DNA of 62,897 nucleotides, counting the filler, from Reclinomonas americana ATCC 50394 (Eukaryota): the NCBI GenBank assembly GCA_048213135.1. It is 12 parts of 9 records of this genome, joined end to end, with 100 filler letters (N's around TTAATTAATTAA, not from the genome) between each part and the next. Parts side by side here need not be neighbours in the genome. Positions count along the whole stretch, not along the records: positions 1 to 15,923 come from AFZH01016752.1; 11 more parts are not named here. One strand, given 5' to 3'. Positions 1 to 13,701 of the stretch are shown in pieces. Position 1 is the first letter of the stretch, and each line of letters starts with the position of its first letter. The notes beneath the pieces are model-generated. The model was given only the letters and a program-made list of their open reading frames with translations. It ran no database searches and was not told the DNA's origin. The position numbers and the translations under genes were made by a program.

Positions 1-1
1 G

Positions 2-1660
2 CTGCATGCCGCCGCCACCGCCGCCGCCGCCGCCGCCGCTGGTGATGCAGCCAAGAAGGCGACGAGCGAGTCAATGCCGCCGTTGCCTGCGCTGCCTGCA
101 TTGCCGCCGTTGCCGCCACTGGTCATTCCCAGCGGCTCTTCTCCACAGTCGTCTGCATCATCATCATCATCATCGTCATCGTCGTCATCTCCGCCGGCAC
201 CGGCGGCGGCCACCGCGTGCGACGCCTCACCACCGTCCGGCTCTTCGATCTGCGCACTGACTCTGTCGGTGCCGTCGGCGGCGCTGTCGTCGTCGAGTGA
301 GCACGTGCGGCAGGTGGGCTCTGTGATTGTGCAGCTGTCGCCGACCGGGCGCAAGCGCAGCGAGCCGTCGTTCCTGCAGTTGCAACTGCAGCGAGCCATG
401 GCGGAGCGCAAGCGTCTCGAATTAGAGCAGCAGCAGCATCAGCAGCAGCGACAGGCCCTCGGTGGCGACGATGCCTCTCCCACAACTCCTTCAGCAGGAG
501 GAGCAGCACCACCACCGCCGCCGCCGCCTCTTCCGCCTCTGGCGACGCCACTGGTGAGTGGCAGCCCGGCTGGCAAGTCGAAGCGGGCCTCCAGCACCGA
601 GAGTGCCGATCGCGACGCACACACAATCGAGAGACCAAGGAGACGACGAGCGGCGAAGCGACTGGCCAGTATGATGTTGATGGACGGCGACGACGACTGC
701 GATGACTGCGACGATGCCGACATGGACGTCGACAGCCGAGCCCTGGTCATGGCCATGGCGGCCGATGATGCCGAGTCGGCAGCCGCCGACGATGACCACG
801 CCGACGACTGCGACTACGTGGGTGAGACTTCACCGAAAAAGCGCGCTCGCCGTGCATCTTCGGCCGGCACCGCTGCGGCTGCCGCCGCCGCCGCTGCCTC
901 TGGCAAGAGCAAGAAGCGCGGCAAGGGTCGCACTGCCACTGCCGCCGCCACCACGACCATGGCCGCGTCGCGATCACGCAACCGACGAGCCAAGTTTCGT
1001 GACCTTTTCTGCGCGCGTGTTTCCACGACCGTTTTTTCTTTCTTCTTACTCACCCCCGCCCCGCGCAACACAGGAGATCGCCCGGCACCGACAACACCAC
1101 CTCCACGGCTCCGTCACTGAACGACATGGAGGTGGCACATTTGCTGGCCGGTGGTCTCGGAACTTCGTCGTCCGCCTCGGGCGGCGATAGTGCGGCGACC
1201 AATAGTCCCAACACAGTCGGCATGCCATCGGAGCGAGTGCACAAGGTGCGTGGGGATCTTCACACAAAAACAGGATGGGGGAGGAGGGGGTTGTGGAGAT
1301 GTTGGTGGCCATGTCGGCGTGTGAACTCACGGACTATCGCAGGTGGAGCACTCGTACTCGGCCACCAACTTGCCGCCGCTGCACCTCGCCGAGTCGTCAA
1401 ACTCGCCCTCGGCGTCGCCACCACTGATGCTCGCCAAGAGCAGTGCTGGCAACAGCAGCGGCAGCAGCAGTGCCGGTTCGTCGTCGCCGCACTGTGTCCT
1501 GTTTTCGGCGGCGCTTCATCACGCTGGCATGATGCTGCCACTTGGGGAGCACGGCGACCTGGCGACAGCAGTCTCCAAGGCACCTGTGGCAAAGAAGAGC
1601 ATCCACGACGTGGATGCACATTTGCTGGCGGCGGCGGCGGCCACCTTTGGCCGCGCATAA
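2..1660 (+). CDS. 5'-partial low-complexity Ser/Pro/Ala-rich protein with basic NLS-like stretches; 3 exons visible
   Basis: Frame open from the window start. Introns 994-1073 (GTTTCG..CAG) and ~1246-1342 (GTGCGT..CAG) keep one reading frame to ...AAATFGRA-TAA. No recognisable domain. Confidence 0.6.
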
Positions 1661-2012
1661 TTATTTTTTTGTTTTAACTGTGTTATTGTTTGCGATCTCT
1701 CTTCTCTCTCTCTCTTCTCGTTGTTCGGCGCTATTGTATTCACGCGCATTCCCGTGGTGTGTATGTGTTTCGTGGTCGAGGTGGCTCACCACTGGCACCC
1801 GTCGCGCTGTGGTGTTTCGTCGTTGTTGACAACATTTTTCCTTTCTTTTTTTCCCTCTCTCTGTCTGTGTATGAGTGATGGTGGTGGTGGTGGTGGTGGT
1901 GGTTTATCGGTGTCGAGTAGCCAAGTAAACAAACTCGTCTGTTGCAAGTACACTGGATTTTCTTTTTCCCTTCTGCTGCTGCCTACATGATTGGGGGGCG
2001 GTGACCATGATG

Positions 2013-4589
2013 TCACACATTGTCGTCGCCCCGGCGCACAGTCTCCTCCTCCTTTTCCGCTTCTACCTCCTCGTCAGCATCGTGTCCCTCTGAGCTTACC
2101 AGGGACGAGTGCTCCGAGGGCTGCGTCATGCTGGAGGTGGCGCCGGCGCCGGCGACATGGCCCGCCATTGGAGCGCCCGCCTCCACCTCCTCCTCGTGCA
2201 TAATCACGGCCACCTCCTGATGCATGGCAAGAATAAAAATAAAAAAAAAGCGGGTGAGTGCCGCCAGTGGAGCGAGGGAAGATGCACACACACACACACG
2301 CACCTTGTACGCACGACCACCGATATCCACGTTGCCCTGCAAGCAGACAGAACGCAGACAAGTCAGGAAATAGACGAATAAAAAAGAAAGAGGTGCTGGC
2401 AAGGGCCTGGAGAGACAGAAGAGAGCAGTGATAATGAATGGCAGGAGTGCAACAGTGTCGCCGTGGAGTCGAATAGCCAGAGGCTGGTGGTGGCAGCGAG
2501 AGAGGATTCGAAGAAATACAGGATCCGGACTGACTGTGTCGATAAAATGAAACTCACCTTCCGGTGCAACTCGATGCTGGAGAGGAGGATCAGCACACCC
2601 CAGATGCCACCCCAAACCCTGCGCAGCAGACCGGCGGTGAGCAGTGGTAGCGGCGGCGCGCGAAGACACGGGGGAGAGACATTGCAAAGGTGAACGCACC
2701 AGCCCACAAAGATGGACACGAGGAACAACTGGAAGAGCCAGACGACCAGCTGGACCCTGTGGATGGCGGACGTGGAGGTGGGTGTGGGGGAGGGCGAGGA
2801 GGAGGAGAAGGAGGAGGAGAAGTGAGTGTACGTCAGTGATGACAGAGAGGGAAAGAGAGAGACAGAGAACAATGAGAGAGATGCAGACGAGGCTTTTCGA
2901 ACCGGTCGCGAAAGCACGAAGCGCGCACGCGCGACGAATAGTCATCAAAAGGGAAAGGGGAAAAGAGGTCAAGTCGCGCGGCGAAGCACACACATGCAGA
3001 GCATAGCGCAGCACGTAGGTGGAGGAGAGCGAGTGGTGGCGCGCGAAGCAGATGCTGCTGTTCACGAAGAATACGCAATGACCAAGTATGTCCATCTCGA
3101 ATACAGATTACTCGCCAAAAGCAGTGGCGAACAAGCAGTGTGGGTGGGAAAAGCGACAACGCGAGTGGCATGTCCCCGTGGAAACGACAAAAACAGACAT
3201 GCACTTTGCTGACGCACACGGTGGGAGCATGAGAGTGCGACAGCGAGAGAGAGAGGAAGCGTGCACAAACAACCAGACGACGAAATACTGTGTGATTGGT
3301 CATCCCGTTTTCCCGCACGGTGCAGCAAGGTGCGTGGGCGGCCATTTCCCATCTCCCCCCATCTCCACTCACCAAAACACCTGCGCGTGCAAGAAGAGAA
3401 GGGATGTGAGCTCGAGCACGCACACGTACACGCACACAGACGAGAAGCACGCGCCTCGCAGCCGACCACGACACTCGCCGTCTGTCGCCCGTCCAGATTC
3501 CTTTGCGGACAGCAACATTCCTGCCACGCGCACACACCCACATGCACAAGAGTGAGCAGGCAGAGAGACACAAGCAGTGGTGCGTGCAGTGGAGCACAGC
3601 GAGACCTGCATGCCCGCCACGAAAGCTGCCAAGAGTGTCCCGACCGAAAACGGCAGGAGATTCAACACGAATATGGGTATCTGAAATGCGCGAAACAACG
3701 TGAGAAGGAAGACTTGGCGAGGCCCGCTGCACGCACACACACGAAGGGCAAGAGGCCGGCACTCACCGCCCACCACAGTCGCAGCCGTGGAACAGCAACT
3801 TGTTCGAAAAACGTGTGGTGAGGTGTCATGTTCGAAAATTGGTGGTGGAGCATGGATATCACGCACCTCGTAGCCTCTCAAAGTAGCCCGGCGGCCTCGC
3901 CATGCGTCGAATGATACGCACCGAGCCAAAGGTGGCCACTGATTCTTCGTCCTCGTCGGCGTCGGCGTCTGCGTCGGCGGCCTCGTCGGCTTTGTCAATT
4001 TTGGCGCCATGACCGCCACTGCCTCGTGTTGTCGCCACCGCCGGCAGCTGCACGTTCGTCTCGCCACGAGCTCGACCCTCAGGAGCAGCAGTGGCCGCGG
4101 GAGCAGTGGTGGTCGAGGCGGTGGTGGATGGGGCACGCGGCCTCTCCAACAGCACCGTGAGCGGTTGGCCGTATGGCGAGTACCTGCGACATGACATCAA
4201 TGGAGTTGACACAACCAATCATCTGATTTTGTGCTGATTACGCAACACTCCATTGTCGTCCACCAAGGCGCCCGGCATGCTCCGCGGAGACTGCGGCGGG
4301 GAAGGAGGAGAGCGAGTGAGCGCGCGGCGCCGGCAACAGAGAAATTAGGCGAAAGAGCAGTACACTTCCGCACCCGCCGTGGTGGCACCGCTGGTGCTGC
4401 TGCTGCGGCGACGGCGACGGCGACTGTGTCTGTGGGCGGTAGTAGTGGCGACTGCTGCGGTGGCGTCCGGGGCGGCGTCTCCACGACAATCTCCAAGTTC
4501 TCGACATCGAACTTTCGAACATCATCGTCGTCGACCTCTGCGACAGGTGGTGGCGGTGGAGGAGGAGGCGCTGCCGCCATCGCCGCCAT
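2013..4589 (-). CDS. multi-exon hypothetical multi-pass membrane protein
   Basis: ATG at 4589 (MAAMAAAPPPP...). Exons bounded by GT..AG encode hydrophobic segments (LWWAIPIFVLNLLPFSVGTLLAAFVAGMQ; VQLVVWLFQLFLVSIFVGW; VWGGIWGVLILLSSI). Central exon structure uncertain. Confidence 0.5.
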
Positions 4590-6801
4590 GTGAGCGCAGA
4601 CGGCGCGCATCATCTCCGAGTCAAAGACACTGGCATCGATGTGGGCCACCACGGAGGAGCAGGCGGGCTGTTTGTTGCTGGTGGGATTGGTGGAGGAATG
4701 TACTACTCCAGCAGCGATACTCATGATGATCGATGATATATCGCGATCGTCACTGTTACAGAGTGCGTGAGAGAGAGAGAGAGAGAAAGAGAAGGGGACT
4801 GTGTGTGCGTGCTCTCGCAGATGATCAAGGAAGTGAGAAATGACGGTGACACGCAATTGCCAAAGAGCAGCGCTGCGAGAGGGGCTCGTGGAAGACAGTG
4901 AGTTGTGTGCGCGAAAGGAAGAATCGCGGCGCGTGTGCATTAGGTCGCCGAAGTGTAGTGCGTGCATGTGTGCATGTGTGTGTGTGTGTGTCGGTGCATG
5001 AGACTCACCCGATGCAACGCACTCCCGCTCGTGACACGACGCGACTGAGTAGTGATCGATGATGGGGGGAATTTCGACGCGAAAGGCGAGTGCTTTTCAA
5101 TGAAAGCGCGTGGGGGAGGTGAGGGAGGGGGAGAGGGGAGTGGGAGGAGACGAGCGGTGGTGAGTGCGCATGAGAGAGAGAGAGAGAGCGGAGCGAGAGA
5201 GAAGAGGAGAGAGCAATGGGAGCGACATTGCCAATTTTTGCGATACAGCGCGCGTGGGTTGTTGTTTGAGTGGGTTGCTGTTTTGTTTTTCGTGACATTG
5301 GTGGCGATGATGTGGCGGTGAGTGACGGGGGGCACGGTGGATGGCTGGGTGAGTATGCGCAATGACGACGGGATGCCCGATTTGGAGGGCGCGCGAGAAT
5401 TTTATGGATACAGCACATTGTGTGGTTCGCAATATTGAGAGTGTGCGAGCGATGTGGGGAGAGGGTGGAAGGGGTGGAGGGAGGAGGTGGAGGGAGGGGG
5501 GATAATACTTGACAGCGCCAGCCAACGTCCGCGAATGTCTTTGAATTTGAAGGAGTGATTGAGAGTTGTCGATGTCACGTGTTTTCCGATCCGCGCGCGG
5601 TTGCTGTCTGTTTTCATCTTTGTTGATCATGGCCCCCAAGTACACTGAGATGTGTATGCGAAGTAACCGAAGAATGTGGCATCGATTTTCAGCCACAGCA
5701 TGGAAGCAAAAAGATGATCGCGACGAGAACTTGACATTCCGCCTGCGGCCGTCGTACATGTTCGTGGGGTGACAACTCTCTCGCCCCTCCGATACCGGCT
5801 GCATGTGCACACACCGCCTGGTCAGTTCAACTCCTCGTGTACGACTTACAACAAAAACAACTTCACAAATCCAAACAGCAACACAGCTGCATGATGTTCA
5901 CCATCTTGAGTGCGCACCAGAAACTCAGACATCATGGGGAAAAGCGAGAAAAAGTCTTGATGGCTAATGCTGGCGTTTCTGCAAGAGAAACCACATGACA
6001 AGCATGAATTTGAAGCCGCTGCGAATTCCAAAATCAGAGAGACCCGACTGATAACCACAGTGAGAGTACCGGTACCGACCAAGTGGCCTACTCTCCTGTA
6101 TCCATGCGCGCGCGCGCGGTTCCACTCTGCGGCGAGAACACAATCTTCACGGTGTCCTCGAATGTAGCGTCCGCTGCTCACCTCTTTCCCACGGTTCCTG
6201 ATCGATTCTATAGCTATGTGCACTCTTCTGCGTACCTTGTCTCCCACTATCGTGGTAGTGACTCCACTTTCCTTTCAAAATATTGGAAATGTCCAGGATG
6301 AGTTTTTGGTCAACGGCCGCTGCGATGGCGACCACCACCACATCAGCCGCCAGTGCACCATCGTGGCGCTAGTCACCCGCGACACGGCGGACGTCGACGG
6401 ATATCGATCGCCGCCAGCCTTTCGCAAGCGACTAATCATGTTCGGATCCGGCAGTGGGAGTTTTATTTTTGATCTCACTTGCCCTTCGCACACCCCACCC
6501 GCTCACCCACCGTCGCGCACCACAGAGAAAACCAAGCGAATCGGCCAAGCTGGCGAGCGATGCGATGCAGTGGCGGCATTTCCATTTTCGACGACCTCAA
6601 CGGTTGGATTTTGGTGCGTCAGTTTTTGTTCGTTCGTGCGAGAGAAGATCAATACCTCCGCTTGCCTCCACGCACGCGTGTACAAGGCAAGAGCGAATCG
6701 CTCGCTCGCACACGCACGCACAGAAGGACACCTTCTCAGTCGCGAGTACTCGGTCCTCCCAGTGGCAGTTGTGAAGTTGTCGTGAGAGTGAGAAAGAGAC
6801 G

Positions 6802-9800
6802 ATGCAACGAGTGCAGACGCCACAGCGTCGTTCGGGTGAGTCATGAGGAGAGAGACACTGTGTTTGTGTATGTGTGATGTACACGTGAGAGAGATCATGT
6901 GTGTGCGTGAAGAGACGCACACAAAATGGTGGAGAGAGCGAGAATCTGTGACAAGGGTGTGTGTCTTCGTGTCACACCGTGAGAGCAAGCGCAAGAGAGT
7001 GTGTGCGTCAAGGAGAAAGAGAGAGAGAGAGAGCAAGCCACGTGTCACAGGAAGGGAGAGAAAGAGACAGTGCACAAATCAAGAATGTGCGCTGGCAATC
7101 ACATGCGTGCCCGTATCGCACGGATTCTGTCACTTGAACGTTTTGCTTCTCTCCCCTTCCCCTCCTCCTCCTCCTCCTCGTCGCCGCTCCCATCACGCAC
7201 ACTCACTTTCACTCACACAGAATCGCCTTTGGTGAGCGACAATGGGAGCGGTGGCTTTCGATCGGTCGCGGGAGCCATGATGCCACGCGCGTCGATTGCA
7301 ACCATGGCCGCCGCCGGAATCGTGAGCGCTTCTTCGCACGCGAGTGACTTCTCGCCGCGATCACCCATGGGAAGCGCCGACGCGCAGCACCACTTGGATG
7401 CGCACGATCCATCGAGCAGTGTTGGCACCAGCATTGGTCGCTCACCTGTGGTGGCCAGGGGCGCGCGGTTGCCACCGCAACCCAAGTTCCGCCTGTCGTC
7501 GGCGTGTGTTACGGTGAGCGGGGGGCGGGTAGGACAAGGGTGGCGAGAGAGAGTGAGAGACGAGAAGAGGGTCGCAGAGGGAGAGAGGGCGGACAGTGAG
7601 ATACGGGTGTGGATTGCTCGGGAGGAGGAGAGAGATAGCACGCATGGTGTCTGTGAGAGCAAGGAGGAGGGAGGTAGAGAGGGGAAGGGCGAGAGCATGG
7701 GAAGAACGGCCTGCTGTGACCATCAAACCGTTGTATTCGATTCATGATTGATTGATGGTGTTTCGCGCACAGGCCGGGCGCAAGATTGATCTGCAGCTGC
7801 TGCCACCCGGGCACGTGCGGGTATCGGTCGGCGATGCGCCGCTGGCAGAGCGGAGAAGCTCGGCCACAGCAGCAACACCGACGTCCAGCGCAGCAGCAGC
7901 AGCAGCAGCGGCGATAACCAATACTTCATTGGTCGGTATCTCCAACTTGGCCCGTTTGCAGCAGTCGTCGAGTTTCGGGTCGCGACCCAACGGAGCCGCG
8001 GCAACGCAGGCCCTGTCGGCCCCCGTGTCGCCGCGTGATATCCTCACGGGTTCGATGCAGCTGGTCAACACCATTAGCGCATCGATACGATCGGCGCCCA
8101 CCACTGGACGACAGGCCAGCAGTTACGCGATCACAAAAGACCCTCGCGCCACACATCTGTACTTCGCACACTCACTATTGCTCGATGCAGCCGACGACCT
8201 CGGTGGCATGCGGTTACCGCAGGTGCGACGCTCCGATCGAGCCTACGAGGAACTGGAGCAAGTCATGGGTTGCGTTCGACCCTTTCTTCTTCACGCCCGC
8301 TGCTACTCACCGCCACCACCACCACCATTACGCGCACAGAGGAGGCACGCCGATTGCACACGGCACACACAGGCAGTCACAAGTCCGGCTCCTCGGCGGC
8401 AGACGGCGGACGATCGCAGAATGCGTTTGGCAATGCACGACGCACACCGGTTTCCGCCGACAAGCGCTCGCTGCTCACACGGAAAATCGAAGAACAATTG
8501 CGCGAGTGGAAGGACGATCCGCGCAAGATTGCTCGGCTCGACGAGGAACTCGGTGAGCCCTCAGTGCAACAACCACCCTTCCTCTCCCTCCTCCTTCTCT
8601 CATCCGTTTGTGCGCGCGCGAACAGCCGAACTTGAAAAGGCGCGGCGCGAATCAATGCGGGAGCATCAGCGCGGGCAGGAGGACTATGTGCGCCGCAACA
8701 TGCACGACTCGTTCGATCCGAACGAGGCCGCGGAGGCTGCTCGGGAGCGGCAGGAGAGATTAACGGAGAGGATGCAGCGGGCCACCATGTCGCGGCAGGA
8801 GCATCAGCGGGCGGAGAGGATCGCAGTGATTGAGGAGTGGGAGAGAGAGGAGGAGAAGGGGGTGGTGGCGCAGCAGGTGCGGTGAAAGGGGAGGGAGGGG
8901 GGAAGAAAGGGGGAAGGGGGGTATGAGGGGAAGGGGTGTGAGGGGAAGGGGTGTGAGGGGAAGAAATAGAAGGGAGAAAAGGAGAAAGGAGAAAGTTGAA
9001 GGGAGAAGGAAGAAGGGAGAAGGGAGAAGGGAGAAGAGAGAAGAGAGAAGAAATGAGAAGGGTGGGAAAATGTGAAGCGTAGTTGCACCGAGGATGGAGA
9101 AGTGGAAGCGGAAGAGCAGATGGAAAGAAAGGAAGCGAGGTATGGCAGCGAGAGGTCTTGTTGAAAGCTGGGAGCAGGAAAGCGATGACAAGGGGGGAGT
9201 TGGGAAGTTGGAGATGCAACGTGCTTACAGAGACAAGGAACGGGAGCAGGAAAGCAATGAGGAGAGATTGTGAGGTGAAGATGGGAGAGGTCAGTAAGAA
9301 ATCGTGGTTGCATCCATGGGAGCAGAAAAGTGATGGCAAGGGAGGAGTTGGAAGGTCGGAGAATCATCTTTGCTTTCAGAGACAGGGAAACCATGACGGA
9401 GAAGTGTTGGAAAGAAAGAAGAGAGGAAACGGAAGAGAGGCAACTTTGGTTGCTCTGCAAGAGATCTGTACAAGGGTAGAGAACTGGCATAGAGAGATGG
9501 GAAGCGCTGTGAAGAAGAAACTGGAAGAGAGGATATAACAGGGCCTGCAAGAGATTTGCACAAGGATGGAGAATTGGGAGCTGGAAAGCATTGAGGTGAT
9601 AGAGATGAGAAGGGTGGGGAAGAGCTGGGAGAAAGAGGAAGATATAGTGGTCGCAGAATGCACTGGAGGGTGAAGAATGGTGAAGGGGCAGAGAGGGGAG
9701 GAGGCAAAAATAACAGGGCTGTTCTGGCTGAGAACGGTGGGAGAAGAGAGGAAGAAATTGTAGTTGTATTTGGAATGCACTGGCAGAGGCAGAAAGGCGA

Positions 9801-12499
9801 AGGGGCAGACGGAGGAAGGATAGGACGAGAGAAAATAACAGAGCAGGGAACGTGGTTGCTTTGCGAGAGGTTGCACAGATGGAGAACTGGGAGCAATGAA
9901 GAGAGAGAGATTGTGAGCAGAGAAGGGTGGGAAAGAGCTGGGAAACTATGGTTGCACAATGCACTGGGAGGAGAGATACAGAGGCAGAGAGGGAAAGGTA
10001 GGACGAGAGAAAGCAGCAGAGCAGAGAACGGGGTTGCGCTACACAGGGAGCAGAAAGCAATGAGGAGATTGTGAGATGAGAATGGTGGGAATGAGTTGGG
10101 AAAAAGACCGTGGTTGCCCCGCGAGAGATTGCACAAGGAATCAAGGACTGAGAGACCAATGAGGAGGGAAATAGTGTGAGAAACCGACGGGGCCACCTTC
10201 ACTGTCACTCATCACCGTTGCCTTCTCTGCAGGTGACGGCGGCGCGTCAGCGAGTAATCGTCATGAGACCAGTGGTGCGCAAGTGGCTGCTCAGCATCAC
10301 TGTCGTGCAGCGACTCACCTTCCTGGCCGAGCACCTCAAGGTCTGTTCAGTGTCCTTGAATCGAGACGAGTGTGTCCCCACTAACACCCCACTGCAGGAG
10401 GCTCGCGTGGAGCGGGAAGCGCGAGAGCGGCTGGCCTGGGCCGTCAATGTGCTGCAGGGCAAGTTCTATCCGTACATGCTGTTGAGACATCGCATGATGC
10501 AACGGCGCGCGTGCGTCAAGATTGCGAGGTTTGGCGGCAAGCAAGTGTGCGCGAGTGGAGTTGTGTGTGTTTGCTCACTCTCTTGCGTGTCGCAGACTGG
10601 TCCCCATCTGGCGCTTCTTCCGACGCATCAAGAAGAAGCGGCAAGCGGTGGCCTACATCAAGGAGTTTTGTCGCGAATACTCCAAGACCCGGCGTCTGCA
10701 AATGGCAGTGGAGGCGTTTGCCAGGAAATGTTGCGCGCATGAGTGCACTCTCTCTCTCTCTCTCTCTTTCTGCTTTTCGCTCACGGTGCTGTGGTGTGTG
10801 ACACAGTGCGCAAGGGTCGTCAGTGCTTCGTCCGCTACATCGAGTATCGGCGTGCGGAGCGCAAGGCCAGCAAGAAGAAGATCTTGGCCATTTTGCGGCG
10901 TATCATTATTTTCTACCCGCAGCGCAAGGGTGTGGCCAGTGCGGTGGATTGGTTGTCGAGGAAGGTTTGGAGGGGAAAGAGGGGAAGGGGGGAGAGGGGC
11001 GAGGAAGGGGAAGGGGATGGGGGGAGGGCGATTAAGGGGAAGGGGGAGAGGGGAAGGGGAAGAAAAAAGGGACTGAGGAGAGGAATGAGCAGCTGCAAGA
11101 AAGAGAGTATGTGTGCCACAGGAGTTGGAAAGGAACTGGTCATTCTCGCTTTTCTACTGTGCCTACTTCTCTCCTGCTCATCTTTTTTCCAACGGAGAGC
11201 ATATTGAAGCTTTCTTCACTGCGTCGATATCTCATCTTGTGTGATTGCTCCGCCGTTACCGTCATCTCACTCTCGCACATTCGTCTTTGTTCTTGAACTC
11301 CCAATGGTTGAAGACTCTGCTTGTTATTCTCCCCGCCTGTGATTGTTGTTTGCTCTGACCGTCGGCGCATTATCTTCAGCTGCTTCAATTGGAGGCTCTC
11401 TGCTTGTCTGTGTGTCATTCTCCGTGCCTGTGATTGTTGTTTGCTCTGACCATCTGCGCATTATCTTCAACGCTGCTTCAATTGGAGGCTCTCTGCTTGT
11501 CTGCGTGTCATTCTCTGTGCCTGTGATTGTTGTTTGCTCTGACCATCGGCGCATTATTCTCAACGCTGCTTTCGGTTTCGCTCCTCGTCTTGATTCGGCT
11601 TTACCTCATCGCGTGCGCTGTGGAGAGTGATAGTCACGGTATCGTTTTCCGCATCGCTTCCGTCGGTGATTGCTTTTGTAGCCGTCTGCTGTTGCTTTCT
11701 CACTTCCTCACTGCTGCGTCTTTTTTATTCGTGTTAATCGCGTTGAGTGACTCTGCTTCTCAATCGTTCTCACTTACTGCACTCCTTGTTGCTGCTTCTT
11801 CATCCTCTACAGTGCTTTCTCCGCCTTAACTTTTCACTCCCCCCTCCTTCCCTCTTCACTCACCCCCTGCGTCTCGCCCACAGCGCGGAAATCTGCACGA
11901 TCGAGCCGAGGTCGCCCTGGTGCCCGACGAGGCGCTGCCGCGCCTCCGCGCACAGCTGCCGACCGATGCACCCATATGGCAGGTGTCGCGTGCACTGATT
12001 ATGCAGGCGCTGGTGGAGACGATTATCAGCCGCCGCCAGACGTACTTGCGCTACGTGCGCTCGGTGTGCCGACTGCAGAAAATGAGAGCGGTGAGCGAGA
12101 ACACTAGCGAGGCCATTGCATGCATGCACATACACAGTGCTCACACGCTGCGTGCAGGAGGACCCCGACTTTATCGGCGACAGTTCCGACACCGAGCCCG
12201 TGGACCAGACGCTGTTCGACGATGGCCCGTCGACGGGCGAGAGTTCGCACGACCTTGTGCAAGCGCTGTTGAAGCAGAGCACGCACAAGCAGAGGATACG
12301 ACCGTTTCGCGGCGAGCTGAACCTCGACGAGTGCTGCGGCGTCATCAAGCACGTGCTGCAGCGCGTGGCGCCGCCGCCACCCGTTGTGGCGAGTGGGGGA
12401 GGTGGGTCTGGGGGTGGTGGAGGCGGAGGTGGAGGAGGAGGGGGAGGTGATCACGGCGGTGCCAGTGGTGCCGCTGGCCACAAGCGGAGGAAGCGGTAG
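6802..12499 (+). CDS. multi-exon hypothetical coiled-coil / basic helical protein
   Basis: About 10 exons joinable in frame through GT..AG introns, from MQRVQTPQRRS (6802) to GHKRRKR-TAG (12499). E/R-rich coiled-coil exon at 8625-8876. Confidence 0.65.
11335..11570. repeat. intronic tandem repeat, ~90-bp unit, ~2.5 copies
   Basis: GCCTGTGATTGTTGTTTGCTCTGACC occurs three times about 90 bp apart. Confidence 0.85.
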
Positions 12500-12554
12500 C
12501 ACAATAGGGCGCGATGAGTGTACTCAATTAATTATCATGCGACGAGTGTTGTTG

Positions 12555-12650
12555 TCAACTTGTCAGTTGGTTTTACTGCAGCTATCACTAAGACGTGATT
12601 GGCGACAGCTTCCCGACTCAGCAACGAGTGGGAATTACGAAAGACAAGTC
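12555..12650. other. conserved structured non-coding element, copy A
   Basis: 83-nt near-identity to 14586-14668. Hairpins ATCAC/GTGAT and TTCCC(G)ACTC/GAGTGGGAA, closing stem CTTGTC/GACAAG. Confidence 0.6.
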
Positions 12651-12888
12651 AGCAGACGGTGGGCGGAGAGAGAAGAGAAAGAACAACAAACAAACACAAA
12701 GGTGACACAGCGTGCAGGAGAGAGCAATATGACATGCACAGATGGCGATGTTGGTGAGTGAGTATCATCACCAACATAGTTTGTCGCAATCCGTGATGCA
12801 GCAATGCCCCTGCTATGTGACACAAGCAGTGTGTGTGTGAGTGAAGGTGACTTCTCGCCGTAGGGTGCCCACCGGCTGTGGGTGGCAG

Positions 12889-13262
12889 TCAGTAGCCACT
12901 GTTGCCGTAGGGGTCGTACGCTTCGAAGAACCAATCACCCTCCGGGTCGGCGCCCGTGCGCCCGGACGGATTGCTCTCGAAGCAATCGGGCTCTGTAATT
13001 GTCGCAGGCGGAGCATGATGACGCGACTCCTCCCGCAGCTGCTCGTTGGCATGGCCGCTTCCTCCGGCAGCCTGGTCATCAGAGTAGTCGTCACTGACAA
13101 GTTCCGGCTGAGGCCGAGGCTGCCCGTAATCGATCGCCATCTTCCGCGGCAGCTGAGACGGCCACGCTTGCCAAGGGTCATCAGTCCGAGGAACGGAAAC
13201 GTGGCTCGCCACGTAATACGGCGGCATCTGACTGTGAGGACTGTCGGCCGCGAACGCAGGTG
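12889..13262 (-). CDS. terminal exon of an orphan acidic/Pro-rich protein
   Basis: CAG acceptor at 13263-13265, then an open frame ending EAYDPYGNSGY-TGA. Upstream exon uncertain. Confidence 0.5.
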
Positions 13263-13657
13263 CTGAGGAGGGATCCAGAGGGGGAACCAGTGAGGAAGCA
13301 AGGATGGCACAGGGAAGGGAATTCTTGAGGGAGAGAACAGGAAAAAGAGAAGGCAACCAGTGACGAAGAGAACGCGGACAAAGAGAGAAGGGCCACAGAG
13401 AAGGAGCCAAGAGTACAAGTGACAAGCCGACAACAAAGAACGTAAACAAGAGAGAAGAAAGTGCAAGAGACGACTTGAAGGAGCATTCCAAGCGGAGAGG
13501 CGCAGCGCAGGCACGGAGAGAGAGAGAGAGCGAGAGAGAAAGAAAGAGAAAGAGAGAAGGCAACCAGTGCAGAAGCGAGCGCGGAAAAAGAGAGAGTGAG
13601 GGCAGAGAGAAAGAAGGAGCCCAAAGAGCAAGTGACAAGCCGACAACAAAAAAGTAA

Positions 13658-13701
<44 letters not shown>

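Noticed and set aside
5600..6440. Possible gene or element in complex non-repetitive sequence (similar stretches at 34130-34530, 54050-54480, 55240-55630, 59940-60510)
   Set aside because: No consistent exon chain or recognisable motif could be built; left uncalled.
8804..10208. Long Leu/Ser/Pro/Phe-rich ORFs (also 26491-27339, 40092-41306, most of 33328-34197)
   Set aside because: Stop-poor by-products of purine/pyrimidine-skewed intronic or intergenic low-complexity DNA.
12555..12650. SECIS or tRNA identity for the duplicated element
   Set aside because: No AUGA/GA quartet with an AA loop, and no TTC T-loop or Pol III A/B boxes on either strand.
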